From the NCBI GenBank assembly GCA_964648765.1, contig CAZYLF010000001.1, positions 12,155-76,154 of the forward strand: DNA of 64,000 nucleotides. The letters run 5' to 3'. The DNA comes from an uncultured Candidatus Saccharibacteria bacterium. Its GTDB lineage: Bacteria; Patescibacteriota; Minisyncoccia; Phycocordibacterales; JACOZG01. Each line of letters opens with the position of its first letter. Position 1 is the stretch's first letter. Positions 8,482-17,394 of this stretch are shown piece after piece. The translations under genes and the position numbers were made by a program. The notes beneath the pieces were generated by a model that did not search any database, was not told where the DNA came from, and worked only from the letters and a program-made list of their open reading frames with translations.

Positions 8482-10218
8482 TTATTTATAATCTAATCTT
8501 ACCTCGCTCACGCTCGGAGTGCTCACGCCATCACCAGTTAGGAAAATCTGATATTGGGCAAAACGATTACCATTTAAAATTTTTGGAATTAACGTGCCAC
8601 TTGCAAGTGTGAAGTAACTCCCTGCTCCGCTTGGTCCTTGCCAGGCGCTCCAGGTGCCAGGGCTCCCACCAGAATCTGGCGCCACCCGAATTTGAAATTC
8701 AGCTCTACATAGTGGGGAACAAACAGGAATAGTTTGAGTCCACTCAATTAACTCAATTGGCGAAACGCCAACCATATCAAAAATTGATGAAATTAAACTT
8801 CCGGAAGTTAAGTAACCGCCACCACTTAGACGGATAATCCGTCCGTTTGCCCCCACAGCAAAACCAGTGCTTCCATTTAATGAAATACCAAATAAATTAT
8901 TGGTCGCAGGGAGTGGTGAGTAAATAGCCCACGTGCTGCCGTTCCAGCGGTAAATATCTCCACCATTTCCAACCACAAAACCGGAAGACGGTGAGGAAAA
9001 GTGAACTTCATTCCACGTATGATTACCAGTGTCTACAAACTCGCTCCACACCGTACCATTCCAACGCAATATTTTCCCAGATGCACCGACCGCCCAAGCA
9101 TCAGTAGCCGAGGTAAATGCCACGCCATTTAGTGCATTGTTTACTGGTGAAGTGATGCTGGTCCACGTGCTACCATTATAGCGATAAATATCTCCACCAT
9201 TACCAACAACAAAACCAAGCGCGGGTGAAGCAAAGTCGACATCATTCCAAGCTTGATTTCCGGTGTCCACAAACTGAATCCAATTGTTACCATTCACCCA
9301 ACGTAAAATTTTTCCCGTGGCTCCCACAGCCCAAGCCTCACTGACCGAAACCATTTTCACCGAGTTTAAATTATTTGTTACTGGTGAGGTCATTACTGCC
9401 CAAGTGGATCCACCAGTAAAACGTCTAATTACCCCTCCATTACCGACCACAAAACCTGAGGTCCCTGAAAACATGCTGACGCCATTCCAGACGTCATTAC
9501 CAGTATCTTGAAAACTTGCCCAATTACTCCCATTAAGCCGGATTATGAATCCTGCATTACCCACCGCAAAACCAGAAGTGGGAGAAACAATTGAGACATC
9601 ATTTAAAGTTTGGGTTGTCGGCGAGGTGGTAGTCGCCCACACAAGTGGCGCGCCTTTAAGTCTCAACTCGCCGGGGTTTGCTACCGCTTCAATATTTCCG
9701 TTGTCACTCAGATAACGATTAGCGACTGACCAATTGGTTTGCCCCGAGCCTCCAGACCAATCAGTTTGGCTCCAACGCTTTGAATCCCAATTTGTAAGAC
9801 GCGAACGGCGGACCGCCTCGCTTGTTTGCCCCGGGCGTGGCGACCAAGACACTCGCACATCCACATCGCGAGTCCGGAGATCAACGGGAGTAAAATTAAT
9901 TGTCCTCGTAAGGCGACCACCGATCACCTCATTTGCTCCCTCACTCGTAAATGCCCAGACCCCAGTAGAACTTGAAACTGCCGTTTGACTGAAAGTTAAC
10001 TCATTCCAACCGCGATTTTTGATTGCCTTAACAGCCCCAAAGCCCTCATTGGCCAACATATCTGCTTCCAAATTATCTTGAGATTGCAAAGCCCCGCCCC
10101 CTCCACCAAGAGTAAGTGAGGCTAAACTTGAAGCGACGATTGCAAAAATTGCCAAAGCCAAAACAGCTTCAAGAATACTGGCTCCCGTTTTACTACTCTT
10201 TGAGACTTTTATAATCAT
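8482..10218 (-). CDS. pilin-like N-terminus fused to a multi-blade beta-propeller (Ycf48/BNR-like repeats); putative pilus tip adhesin
   Basis: The N-terminus KTGASILEAVLALAIFAIVASS is pilin-like (G, then E at +5, then hydrophobic helix). The body contains at least five tandem repeats of about 45 aa. Each follows the pattern GF-VGN-G-I-R-NGS-W...SP-NN-LN-V...AWAVGA-GKILRW, which resembles Ycf48/BNR-type propeller blades. GC is about 50 %. Confidence 0.6.
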   Translation of the reverse strand: MIIKVSKSSKTGASILEAVLALAIFAIVASSLASLTLGGGGGALQSQDNLEADMLANEGFGAVKAIKNRGWNELTFSQTAVSSSTGVWAFTSEGANEVIGGRLTRTINFTPVDLRTRDVDVRVSWSPRPGQTSEAVRRSRLTNWDSKRWSQTDWSGGSGQTNWSVANRYLSDNGNIEAVANPGELRLKGAPLVWATTTSPTTQTLNDVSIVSPTSGFAVGNAGFIIRLNGSNWASFQDTGNDVWNGVSMFSGTSGFVVGNGGVIRRFTGGSTWAVMTSPVTNNLNSVKMVSVSEAWAVGATGKILRWVNGNNWIQFVDTGNQAWNDVDFASPALGFVVGNGGDIYRYNGSTWTSITSPVNNALNGVAFTSATDAWAVGASGKILRWNGTVWSEFVDTGNHTWNEVHFSSPSSGFVVGNGGDIYRWNGSTWAIYSPLPATNNLFGISLNGSTGFAVGANGRIIRLSGGGYLTSGSLISSIFDMVGVSPIELIEWTQTIPVCSPLCRAEFQIRVAPDSGGSPGTWSAWQGPSGAGSYFTLASGTLIPKILNGNRFAQYQIFLTGDGVSTPSVSEVRLDYK

Positions 10219-10685
10219 TCAATATATATTCTGCCAAACTTAGCAATCGTCACTGTAGCAACTTGCCCAACTTGATCACTAAAAATAATTTGCCCTAAAA
10301 CGCTTGGCTCACCTGAGCCATAACTAAAATTAATAATATTATTTGAAAGGTTTGAACTTAAAGAAATGTTTGAATTTAAATTTGTGATCTGACTACCAGG
10401 ACTTATTGTATATGAATCTGGACCAATGGGGTTGATGTTTAAAGTTACGCTATGATGGACACCGCTCACTGCAACTTGCGTACGCATTTTGGCCATACTT
10501 AATTGCTCCGCAAATGTCCGCGCCACCTCACTCAAACTCTCTTTAGGAAATAAATTTCCGTAAATAGGCAAAGCCACAATTAAAAGTAAGATCGTAATTG
10601 CCAGAGTGATTAAGACCTCAACTAAAGTAAATCCTTTATCTTTTGATATTTCCGGTGATTTCATAAATTGGGGTGATGATCGCAA
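10215..10685 (-). CDS. pseudopilin (GspH/FimT-like prepilin N-terminal domain)
   Basis: KDKGFTLVEVLITLAITILL prepilin motif. The start may be the internal ATG at about 10664. The ORF overlaps the 3' end of pilC. Confidence 0.65.
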   Translation of the reverse strand: MRSSPQFMKSPEISKDKGFTLVEVLITLAITILLLIVALPIYGNLFPKESLSEVARTFAEQLSMAKMRTQVAVSGVHHSVTLNINPIGPDSYTISPGSQITNLNSNISLSSNLSNNIINFSYGSGEPSVLGQIIFSDQVGQVATVTIAKFGRIYIE

Positions 10686-11697
10686 GCGCTAAACCCGCCA
10701 CCACCAAACCAATTAAGAGGAGCATGGCTGGCTCAATAGTGGTAGAAAGATTTTTGGTAGTCTTATTAAGTTCAAGTTCATAAAAATCACTTAGGTAAAA
10801 TAGAGTTTCTTCAAACTTGCCTGACTCCTCACTCACGCGGATCATCCGCGTGAGCATCACGGGGAAAAGTTTAGGGAATTCTGCCAGCGCTTCAGAGAGT
10901 CTTCCGCCACCAGAAACGCGTGCCGCTGCGCGCTTAATTGCCAATTTATAATAATAATTATTAATTGAGCGTTCGCTTGTAGTGAGAGACTCCACCGCGT
11001 TTTGACCACTCTTAAGGAGTGAGCCGAGGCTGCGGGTAAAGCGCGCTAAGTTTAATGCGCGCGTGGCCGGACCAATAATTGGTAAACGAACAAACAAAAA
11101 ATGAGTAACAGGGTAAATAAACTTTTGTCGTAAAAACCAAATTAAAAAAATAATTAAAGCAATGAGGCCGGTGAAAATTTGCCAGCCGTAATTGTCCATC
11201 AAGTTTGAAAAATAGATGAGCGCACGAGTACTAAATGGCAAAGTAACTTTAAGACCCTGAAAGAGCGGCACAATTTTAGGTAGCACTAAAAATGATAGGG
11301 CTAAACCTAAAATAAAAGTGATTATTAAAACCGCAATTGGGTAAACCATCGCGCCCTTAACCTTGCTTGAAAGCTCGCGCTCCTTCTCTAACTCTTTGGC
11401 GATATTTTCTAAATTGTCGGCCAGTGTGCCTGATGACTCCCCCACGTAAACCGTGTTAATAAATAGTCCAGAAAAAACTTTAGGGTAGGCGCCAAGCGCA
11501 CCTGAAAAAGTTTGGCCCGACTCCACAGCGTGTAAAACATTTTTTAAAATACTTTGGAGTTTACCTTGTGATGAATCTACCGATACTGCGAGCGCATCAG
11601 TGAGTGTGAGCCCCGAGCGAAGCTCAAGCGAAAGTTGTTTGGCCAAAAGTGCTTTGTCCGTTAAACTAACACGCCCCCAAGAAAGATCTTTGCTCAT
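10636..11697 (-). CDS. pilC: type IV pilus assembly platform protein PilC (GspF family)
   Basis: 353 aa with two T2SS-F-like repeats and three predicted TM segments; located next to the pilin genes and pilB. Confidence 0.75.
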   Translation of the reverse strand: MSKDLSWGRVSLTDKALLAKQLSLELRSGLTLTDALAVSVDSSQGKLQSILKNVLHAVESGQTFSGALGAYPKVFSGLFINTVYVGESSGTLADNLENIAKELEKERELSSKVKGAMVYPIAVLIITFILGLALSFLVLPKIVPLFQGLKVTLPFSTRALIYFSNLMDNYGWQIFTGLIALIIFLIWFLRQKFIYPVTHFLFVRLPIIGPATRALNLARFTRSLGSLLKSGQNAVESLTTSERSINNYYYKLAIKRAAARVSGGGRLSEALAEFPKLFPVMLTRMIRVSEESGKFEETLFYLSDFYELELNKTTKNLSTTIEPAMLLLIGLVVAGLALAIITPIYEITGNIKR

Positions 11698-11739
11698 CCT
11701 CTAATTCTACCACGCCAAAATTTAAAATAGAGAAAAAGT

Positions 11740-11778
11740 GTTAAAAAAGAAAAGCTGTGCCCTTTTGAGCACAGCTTC
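11740..11778 (-). terminator. rho-independent terminator downstream of the 211-aa gene
   Basis: On the minus strand, hairpin aagctgtgc...gcacagctt is followed by TTTTCTTTTTT. Confidence 0.6.
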
Positions 11779-11802
11779 CAATGTTTACGTTTTGGAATAC
11801 GT

Positions 11803-12438
11803 TTATTTTTTATTGGGAAAGCGAAGAACGGGATTAGCGTCGCCACACAAAAGTCTGAGCTGGCGCAAGCGGAACACAACAATATCACTGGTCTCGTAGA
11901 GACAAGGAACGATCAGGCTGTTGTCCTCATCCCGCGCCACTGATTTCCAGGCATAGATCTCCTGGCGATTGAAATGCTCTCGGAAGAACTTAGTGCCCCG
12001 TTTCTTGATTTCCTCAAGATCGCGAAAGTTAAGACAACTCTCAAGCATATTTTGAGTCTTGATATGCTCGTAGAGATTGAGGCCTCCTATCGACTTATTT
12101 CCCTTCTGCTCCTCATGGAGCCAGCGTTCGAGTTTGAGAACATCAAACTCCTCAGGTCCAGCCTTCTCAAGCTCTGGATGAATAACTTCCTTCACCGATA
12201 AAGAATAGACGGGAGCTACAGTACGATCAACATAGATAATAGAGCTTGAATTTTTTCGGTTCTTTTTGGTAGGAGTTGTAACTTGAACCTTGGGCCAACA
12301 GGTTTCGCCACGAGCAAACTTTCGAAGCTCCTTTTTCCACCTTTCTCCATCAGTACCCGCCATGTTGACGAGGATTTGATTAAAGGTCCCCGCCTCCTCC
12401 CCCATAATTTGGAGTGCCTTGCTGAGCGTGCTATTCAC
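11803..12438 (-). CDS. hypothetical protein, 211 aa, inserted between pilC and pilB as an autonomous unit
   Basis: No recognisable motif. It has its own TTGACT-18-TATAAT promoter, an AAAGGAG SD and a hairpin terminator. GC is slightly higher than the pilus genes. Confidence 0.5.
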   Translation of the reverse strand: MNSTLSKALQIMGEEAGTFNQILVNMAGTDGERWKKELRKFARGETCWPKVQVTTPTKKNRKNSSSIIYVDRTVAPVYSLSVKEVIHPELEKAGPEEFDVLKLERWLHEEQKGNKSIGGLNLYEHIKTQNMLESCLNFRDLEEIKKRGTKFFREHFNRQEIYAWKSVARDEDNSLIVPCLYETSDIVVFRLRQLRLLCGDANPVLRFPNKK

Positions 12439-12515
12439 GGTCAGTCTCCTTTGTGAAAAACCTTTATTTTCGAGCCCGGGCTTATATAACCCAGCACAAC
12501 CCGAAGACTAACCAT

Positions 12516-12545
12516 ATTATAAATGAAAAAATGTGAAAAAGTCAA
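12516..12545 (-). promoter_or_regulatory. putative sigma70-type promoter (TTGACT, about 18 nt, TATAAT) for the 211-aa gene
   Basis: Reverse complement reads aaaacTTGACTttttcacattttttcatTTATAATatgg; a GGAG SD and the ATG follow at about 70 nt. Confidence 0.5.
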
Positions 12546-12548
12546 GTT

Positions 12549-14240
12549 TTACACCCTAATTACCCGGAGAACTTCTTGGAGAGTGGTGGTGCCATCGAGG
12601 GCTTTGGTGATGCCATCTTCGAGCATCGTGCTCATACTCTCCGATTCAGCCACCTTAAGCACCTCGCCTGAAGACGCGCGTGCCACCACCAGCTCCTTAA
12701 TTTTTTCTGTCATTTCAAGAACTTCAAAGATTCCCACTCGCCCGTTGAAGCCAGTGTGATTACACACGTCACAGCCCGCACCTTTATAAAAAGTAATCCC
12801 CTCTAATTTTTTATAACCATTTTCCACAAAAATCTTTTTTAAATGCTCATCGTGATCAATTAACTTTTTTTCTTCATCAGAAATTTCATATGACTCACGA
12901 CAACGACTGCAAATTTTGCGCACCAAGCGTTGAGCAATCACCACATTAACTGTGGAAGCTACTAAAAACGGTTCCACCTTCATATCAAGTAAACGTGGCA
13001 AAGTGGTTGGAGCATCGTTGGCGTGCAAAGTTGAGAGCACCAAGTGCCCCGTCATCGCAGAATTAACCGCAATGCTCGCCGTTTCTTCATCTCTAATTTC
13101 TCCTACCATAATAATGTCTGGGTCCTGACGCACGATTGATCGAAGCCCAGAGGCAAAAGTTAAATTAGCTTTAGTGTTTACTTGAATTTGACTCACGCCT
13201 TTAATTTCATATTCCACCGGATCCTCGATGGTGGAAATGTGCACTTCGCGAGTATTTAAAATTTTCATCACCGCGTACACAGTGGTGGTTTTACCCGAAC
13301 CGGTTGGACCGGTCACCAAGATCATGCCGTGAGGATTATCAATCGCACTTTTTACCTTGGCCATATCACCCTCTCTTAAACCCAGATCAGTGAGAGTAAA
13401 GCGGCGACTTTCTTCTGAAAGAATACGCATCACCACGTTCTCACCTGTGGTCACTGGCAAAATTGAAACACGCACATCAATGGGACTATTTTGTGAAGTA
13501 AATTGCAGTTTACCGTCTTGAGCCGTCATATGCTCATCAATGCGCAAGCGCGCCATCACTTTAATGCGACTCACTAAAGTTTCTTCAAGTGTCACAGGCA
13601 AAGTGAGCATGTCGTGCATCACTCCATCAATCCGAAAGCGGAGTAATATTTTCTCGCGTGAAGGCTCTAAGTGAATATCTGAAGCCCGAGATTGATAACC
13701 GTACTGGAGAATAGCGTCCACGGTTTTTACCGCTACTTCATTTTGTTCGTCTTTGGTTAAGTTTCCACCAAGTTTAGCCACCAATGCTAAAAGCTCATCT
13801 TTAATCCCGCCACGATAATTTTGCAAAGCCTCCTTGAGCCCACGCGGAGTAATATAAAAAACGTTAACAGGTTCACCCAGCCGCTTTTCAATCGCGTGTC
13901 GCGCCTCCACATTATTTGGATCCACCATCCCCACCTTCACCCCACTCTCCCCTCTACTAAGTGCTACGGCACCAAACTCTCGCGCCACCATCTCCGGGAT
14001 CATCATTAAAACTTCTGGTTCAACTTTTTCTTGTGCAATATCCAAAAAGCGTGAGTTTAAACTTTCCGCCAATAATTTTCCTAACTGTTCATCTTTAATT
14101 AAATCGTGATCTACGAGTACCTCCACCAAATCGCGCCCACTCGCCTCACTGTCAGTAACCGCCACAGTAAAATCCTCTTCTTTAATTAATCCTGGCACCA
14201 CCAGTAACTCCTTTAATTCTTCCGCTCTTTTCACCATCAC
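12549..14240 (-). CDS. pilB: type IV pilus assembly ATPase PilB (GspE family) with N-terminal GSPII-E domain
   Basis: Walker A GPTGSGKTTT and Walker B/Asp box around MILVTGPTGSGKTTT...EDPVEY. His box LSTLHANDAPT and a C-terminal tetracysteine CxxC...CxxC are present. Length 563 aa. Confidence 0.85.
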   Translation of the reverse strand: MMVKRAEELKELLVVPGLIKEEDFTVAVTDSEASGRDLVEVLVDHDLIKDEQLGKLLAESLNSRFLDIAQEKVEPEVLMMIPEMVAREFGAVALSRGESGVKVGMVDPNNVEARHAIEKRLGEPVNVFYITPRGLKEALQNYRGGIKDELLALVAKLGGNLTKDEQNEVAVKTVDAILQYGYQSRASDIHLEPSREKILLRFRIDGVMHDMLTLPVTLEETLVSRIKVMARLRIDEHMTAQDGKLQFTSQNSPIDVRVSILPVTTGENVVMRILSEESRRFTLTDLGLREGDMAKVKSAIDNPHGMILVTGPTGSGKTTTVYAVMKILNTREVHISTIEDPVEYEIKGVSQIQVNTKANLTFASGLRSIVRQDPDIIMVGEIRDEETASIAVNSAMTGHLVLSTLHANDAPTTLPRLLDMKVEPFLVASTVNVVIAQRLVRKICSRCRESYEISDEEKKLIDHDEHLKKIFVENGYKKLEGITFYKGAGCDVCNHTGFNGRVGIFEVLEMTEKIKELVVARASSGEVLKVAESESMSTMLEDGITKALDGTTTLQEVLRVIRV

Positions 14241-14241
14241 T

Positions 14242-14619
14242 TTATTTTAAATATGTTTTCATTTTATCTACCACCTCGCCCATCTGCACGTCTGACTTTA
14301 CTAAATAATCCACCGCGCCAAGATTTTTAGCCTTCTCACGATCTGACTCCTGACCCAAATTTGAAAGAACCACTACTGGGATCTTAGCTAAATCTGCATC
14401 GAGTTTTAAAGCTTCAAGCACCTGAAAACCGGTCCGTTGGGGCATAATTAAATCAAGGAGAATAATGTCTGGATGCTCTTGAGTAATTAAATTAATGGCC
14501 TCCAAACCATTTGGCGCCTTAACCACCTGAAAACCCTCACGCTCAAGCTTGTCGCCAAGCGCCACAGAGAGAAATTTGTCATCCTCAGCCAAAAGAACCT
14601 TGTATTTTGCCTTTTCCAT
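14242..14619 (-). CDS. response regulator, receiver domain only (CheY-like)
   Basis: 125 aa. Acidic pocket (LLAEDD), phospho-acceptor Asp in ILLDLIMP, conserved T and K further downstream. No output domain. Confidence 0.75.
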   Translation of the reverse strand: MEKAKYKVLLAEDDKFLSVALGDKLEREGFQVVKAPNGLEAINLITQEHPDIILLDLIMPQRTGFQVLEALKLDADLAKIPVVVLSNLGQESDREKAKNLGAVDYLVKSDVQMGEVVDKMKTYLK

Positions 14620-14636
14620 AAACCTTATAATAACAG

Positions 14637-15767
14637 TTAGGAGAGCGCTCGGCTACCTGTTTTACGCTCCATCCCCGAGAGGGGTAGGGTGACGTAAAAA
14701 GTGGTGCCCTTGCCCTCGAGTGAGTCAAACCAAATCTTGCCGCCAGAATTCTCTACGATTGATTTAATTATATAAAGCCCTAAGCCCGTGCCCTCAGCGT
14801 CGGTTTCTCTAATATTGTCGGCGCGGAAGAGTTTGGTAAAAATCTTCTTTTGATCGTTAGTGGGGATACCATAACCTGAATCACCTACTCTGATCAGCAA
14901 AAATTCATCGGCCAAACTTATGGCAATCGTCACCAAACCATCTTGGGGTGTGTATTTAATTGCGTTAGAAAGTAAATTTTGGAAAATCATCCGCGCAAGT
15001 TTTTGATCCAGATTAACTTTAGGCACATCTGGGGCATAAACTTTTTCAAGCTTAATTTTTTTAGCTTCCACGGCTGGAGCAAGCTCAGTGAGCACGCTCT
15101 CAGCCAGCTCACTCACATTGGTAGGCTCTGGCTCCACCAAAAAAGTACCAAGCTCCAAACGCGATACGTTTAATAATGAGTTAACTAAATCCACCATCCG
15201 TTTATTGGAATCTGAAAGATTTTTTAAATATTCTTTTTGTTTATCATTTAAACCGCCAACCTCTTGGCTCAACATCGCCTCGGCATACCAACCAATTGCC
15301 GAAAGTGGAGTTTTAAGTTGATGCGATGCAAGCGAAACGAATTCTGTTTTGGCCCGATCCACATCACGCTCTTTAGTAATATCACGGAAAAGTAAAATTG
15401 CCCCAGTAACTTCTGCTTTTTCTAAAAGTGGCGCGGCCATTAATGAAACTGGGTAAATTTGGTCTTGGCGATTTTTGAGTGAAATGTTGTCGAGCAGCGT
15501 GAAAGTGATAATGTTTTTATCAATCATCGCGCGCTCATGAGGTGTTTCAGTTTGCGGAATATCCTTGCCGTCTTTTTGCAAAAATAAAATCTCGTGGATA
15601 TTTTTGCCCATCGCCTCGGCCGGAGAAAGACGGAGCAAAATGCCCGCGGCTTGGTTCATGATTATTACCTTCCGAGAAGTGTCCACCGCAATTAAACCTT
15701 CCGCCATAGAAGAAAGGATGGCGTTTAATTGGTCTTGTCGAGCATGAACTTCATCCATTTGGCTCAT
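14637..15767 (-). CDS. sensor histidine kinase, cytoplasmic, with PAS-like N-terminal region
   Basis: H-box SHQLKTPLSAI (HisKA) and a HATPase_c region with the G-boxes DSGYGIP and GTGLGL. No TM segments. The N-terminal approximately 150 aa are PAS-like. Confidence 0.75.
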   Translation of the reverse strand: MSQMDEVHARQDQLNAILSSMAEGLIAVDTSRKVIIMNQAAGILLRLSPAEAMGKNIHEILFLQKDGKDIPQTETPHERAMIDKNIITFTLLDNISLKNRQDQIYPVSLMAAPLLEKAEVTGAILLFRDITKERDVDRAKTEFVSLASHQLKTPLSAIGWYAEAMLSQEVGGLNDKQKEYLKNLSDSNKRMVDLVNSLLNVSRLELGTFLVEPEPTNVSELAESVLTELAPAVEAKKIKLEKVYAPDVPKVNLDQKLARMIFQNLLSNAIKYTPQDGLVTIAISLADEFLLIRVGDSGYGIPTNDQKKIFTKLFRADNIRETDAEGTGLGLYIIKSIVENSGGKIWFDSLEGKGTTFYVTLPLSGMERKTGSRALS

Positions 15768-15785
15768 TATAGCCTACGCGCGAGC

Positions 15786-15838
15786 AAAAAAAAATGCGCC
15801 CCGATCCAAAAGCTTGGACCAGGGCGCGGGTTTTCTTG
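15786..15838. terminator. bidirectional rho-independent terminator
   Basis: GC-rich hairpin gcgccccgatccaaaagcttggaccagggcgc with an A-run on the 5' side and a T-run on the 3' side. Confidence 0.55.
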
Positions 15839-16099
15839 TTAGAAAAGCAACAATTGCTTTTCTTTCACTACCGGAGCCGGCGGTTGTGGGGGGAGACATT
15901 TCACCCAACGATCAGTGACCCGAACACGCAAACCACAACGTGCCCTTGCCTCACGAGATGTCTTGCCCAAAACAACAAATATCGCGTTTTCAACAGCCTT
16001 GTCTCGGGTAGGGGCGTTGGTGTCGTGTTCGGCATATTGCTCCTGACCGTTCACAGTCCAGGCCAACTCAACGTGAAATTGATACGGCTTCCGTGCCAT
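15839..16099 (-). CDS. hypothetical protein, 86 aa, GC-rich self-contained unit
   Basis: Perfect SD AAAGGAGGTG 7 nt before the ATG. Putative promoter TTGCTT-16-TATAAT upstream and the hairpin terminator downstream. GC is above 50 %, unlike the neighbours. Confidence 0.5.
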   Translation of the reverse strand: MARKPYQFHVELAWTVNGQEQYAEHDTNAPTRDKAVENAIFVVLGKTSREARARCGLRVRVTDRWVKCLPPQPPAPVVKEKQLLLF

Positions 16100-16193
16100 A
16101 CGGCACCTCCTTTCTAAAATAGTGATATTTCGAAGTGCTACCTATCTACTATTATATCACTAAATGAGAAAAAAGCAAGTAGCCAAAAGACCC

Positions 16194-16643
16194 TTATTCT
16201 TGATCGTGGATATCAAAATACGTCTCGCCACCATCAAACGCTCTGAAAGCAAGTTTGCACATATAAAAGATTGGTTCGGGCAACTCATCCAAATCGTACC
16301 AACCCCAACCCTCGCACTTGTTTGGCTCAAGCACTTGGGGCTCGCCACTCTCCCACTCGGCAGTCAGACCAATGTGCACATAATGCTTCGGCATGTATCT
16401 GATGATGTTGGCGAGATATTGAAACCGGATATTTTTTACCTTTATCCCAGCTTCTTCAGCAATCTCACGCACAATGCAACTGAGAAATGACTCGCCGTAC
16501 TCCAAGTGCCCACCAGGGAAGGAATACTCGCCCGCGCCATGCGAGCCTTTGCGTTTTCCGAGCAAAACCTTGCCGTCTTTAAAGATCATAATACCCACCC
16601 CAGCCTTGGGGTGACCACCGACAATTTGAATTTGTTTTTCCAT
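16194..16643 (-). CDS. NUDIX hydrolase
   Basis: Nudix box GGHLEYGESFLSCIVREIAEEAGI (GX5EX7REUXEEXGU). Confidence 0.8.
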   Translation of the reverse strand: MEKQIQIVGGHPKAGVGIMIFKDGKVLLGKRKGSHGAGEYSFPGGHLEYGESFLSCIVREIAEEAGIKVKNIRFQYLANIIRYMPKHYVHIGLTAEWESGEPQVLEPNKCEGWGWYDLDELPEPIFYMCKLAFRAFDGGETYFDIHDQE

Positions 16644-16718
16644 ATTTATTCCTTTCCTAAAAATTTACCTAAGCTCAAACTACATTAAATATATAAAAAA
16701 TCAAGCCTGTGCCTAAAG

Positions 16719-17279
16719 TTATTTAACTAAATTAATAAAATTATTAAAAATTTCATCCCCGCAAGTTTTTTCTAAGAACATTTCAGGGTGAAATTGTACC
16801 CCATATATTGGTTTTGTTTTGTGTTTAAAGGCCTCTATTCCATCTCTTGAACTCGCAATGGCAACTAACTCGCCTAGAGGTTCACGAACAACCCATCTAT
16901 GACTCTCAAAAACCTTGAAGTTAGGGATGTTCTCGAATATTAATTCTGGTTTGATTATTTCAATCTCGATAACTCCCTGCTCTTTTTTCCGCATAAGCTC
17001 TAGCGTTGCGCCAAACACATGAGCAATAACTTCAAAACCAAAACAAATTCCAAAAATTGGTAACTGTGTTCTCCCCACAAAATCAATTTCTTCTTTCAAT
17101 TTTTCAACATTCCCCTTTACAGGAAAATCGTGACCGCCAGAAAGAACTACGGCATCAAAGTTGTTTCTATCAACAAGACCAATCTCAGAATATTTGATAA
17201 TTTCAAAAGTATGGCCCTTTAGGAGATTTGTTAACTGGGACAAATAGCTCGTTCCATTATCAATTAAAAGTAATCTCAT
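16719..17279 (-). CDS. class I glutamine amidotransferase-like protein
   Basis: Catalytic-Cys context LPIFGICFGFEVI and terminal VQFHPE motif typical of GATase1 domains. Confidence 0.65.
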   Translation of the reverse strand: MRLLLIDNGTSYLSQLTNLLKGHTFEIIKYSEIGLVDRNNFDAVVLSGGHDFPVKGNVEKLKEEIDFVGRTQLPIFGICFGFEVIAHVFGATLELMRKKEQGVIEIEIIKPELIFENIPNFKVFESHRWVVREPLGELVAIASSRDGIEAFKHKTKPIYGVQFHPEMFLEKTCGDEIFNNFINLVK

Positions 17280-17289
17280 TTGCTAATTG

Positions 17290-17373
17290 TGCGCGGGAGA
17301 GGATTTGAACCTCCAAGCCCGTGAGGGCGCTACCACCTCAAGGTAGTGCGTCTGCCAATTTCGCCACCCGCGC
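17290..17373 (-). tRNA. tRNA-Leu (anticodon GAG), long variable arm
   Basis: Reverse complement: acceptor gcgcggg/cccgcgc, anticodon stem-loop ctacc-ttGAGgt-ggtag, long extra arm, T-arm ggagg-ttcaaat-cctct. Confidence 0.75.
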
Positions 17374-17394
17374 TTACTGGGGATTATAGCAGAG

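Noticed and set aside
9284-9988. ORFs 9284-9511 (+), 9708-9920 (-) and 9734-9988 (+) inside the pilin-propeller gene.
   Set aside because: Embedded in or antisense to a long repeat-containing gene; explained by its relatively high GC.
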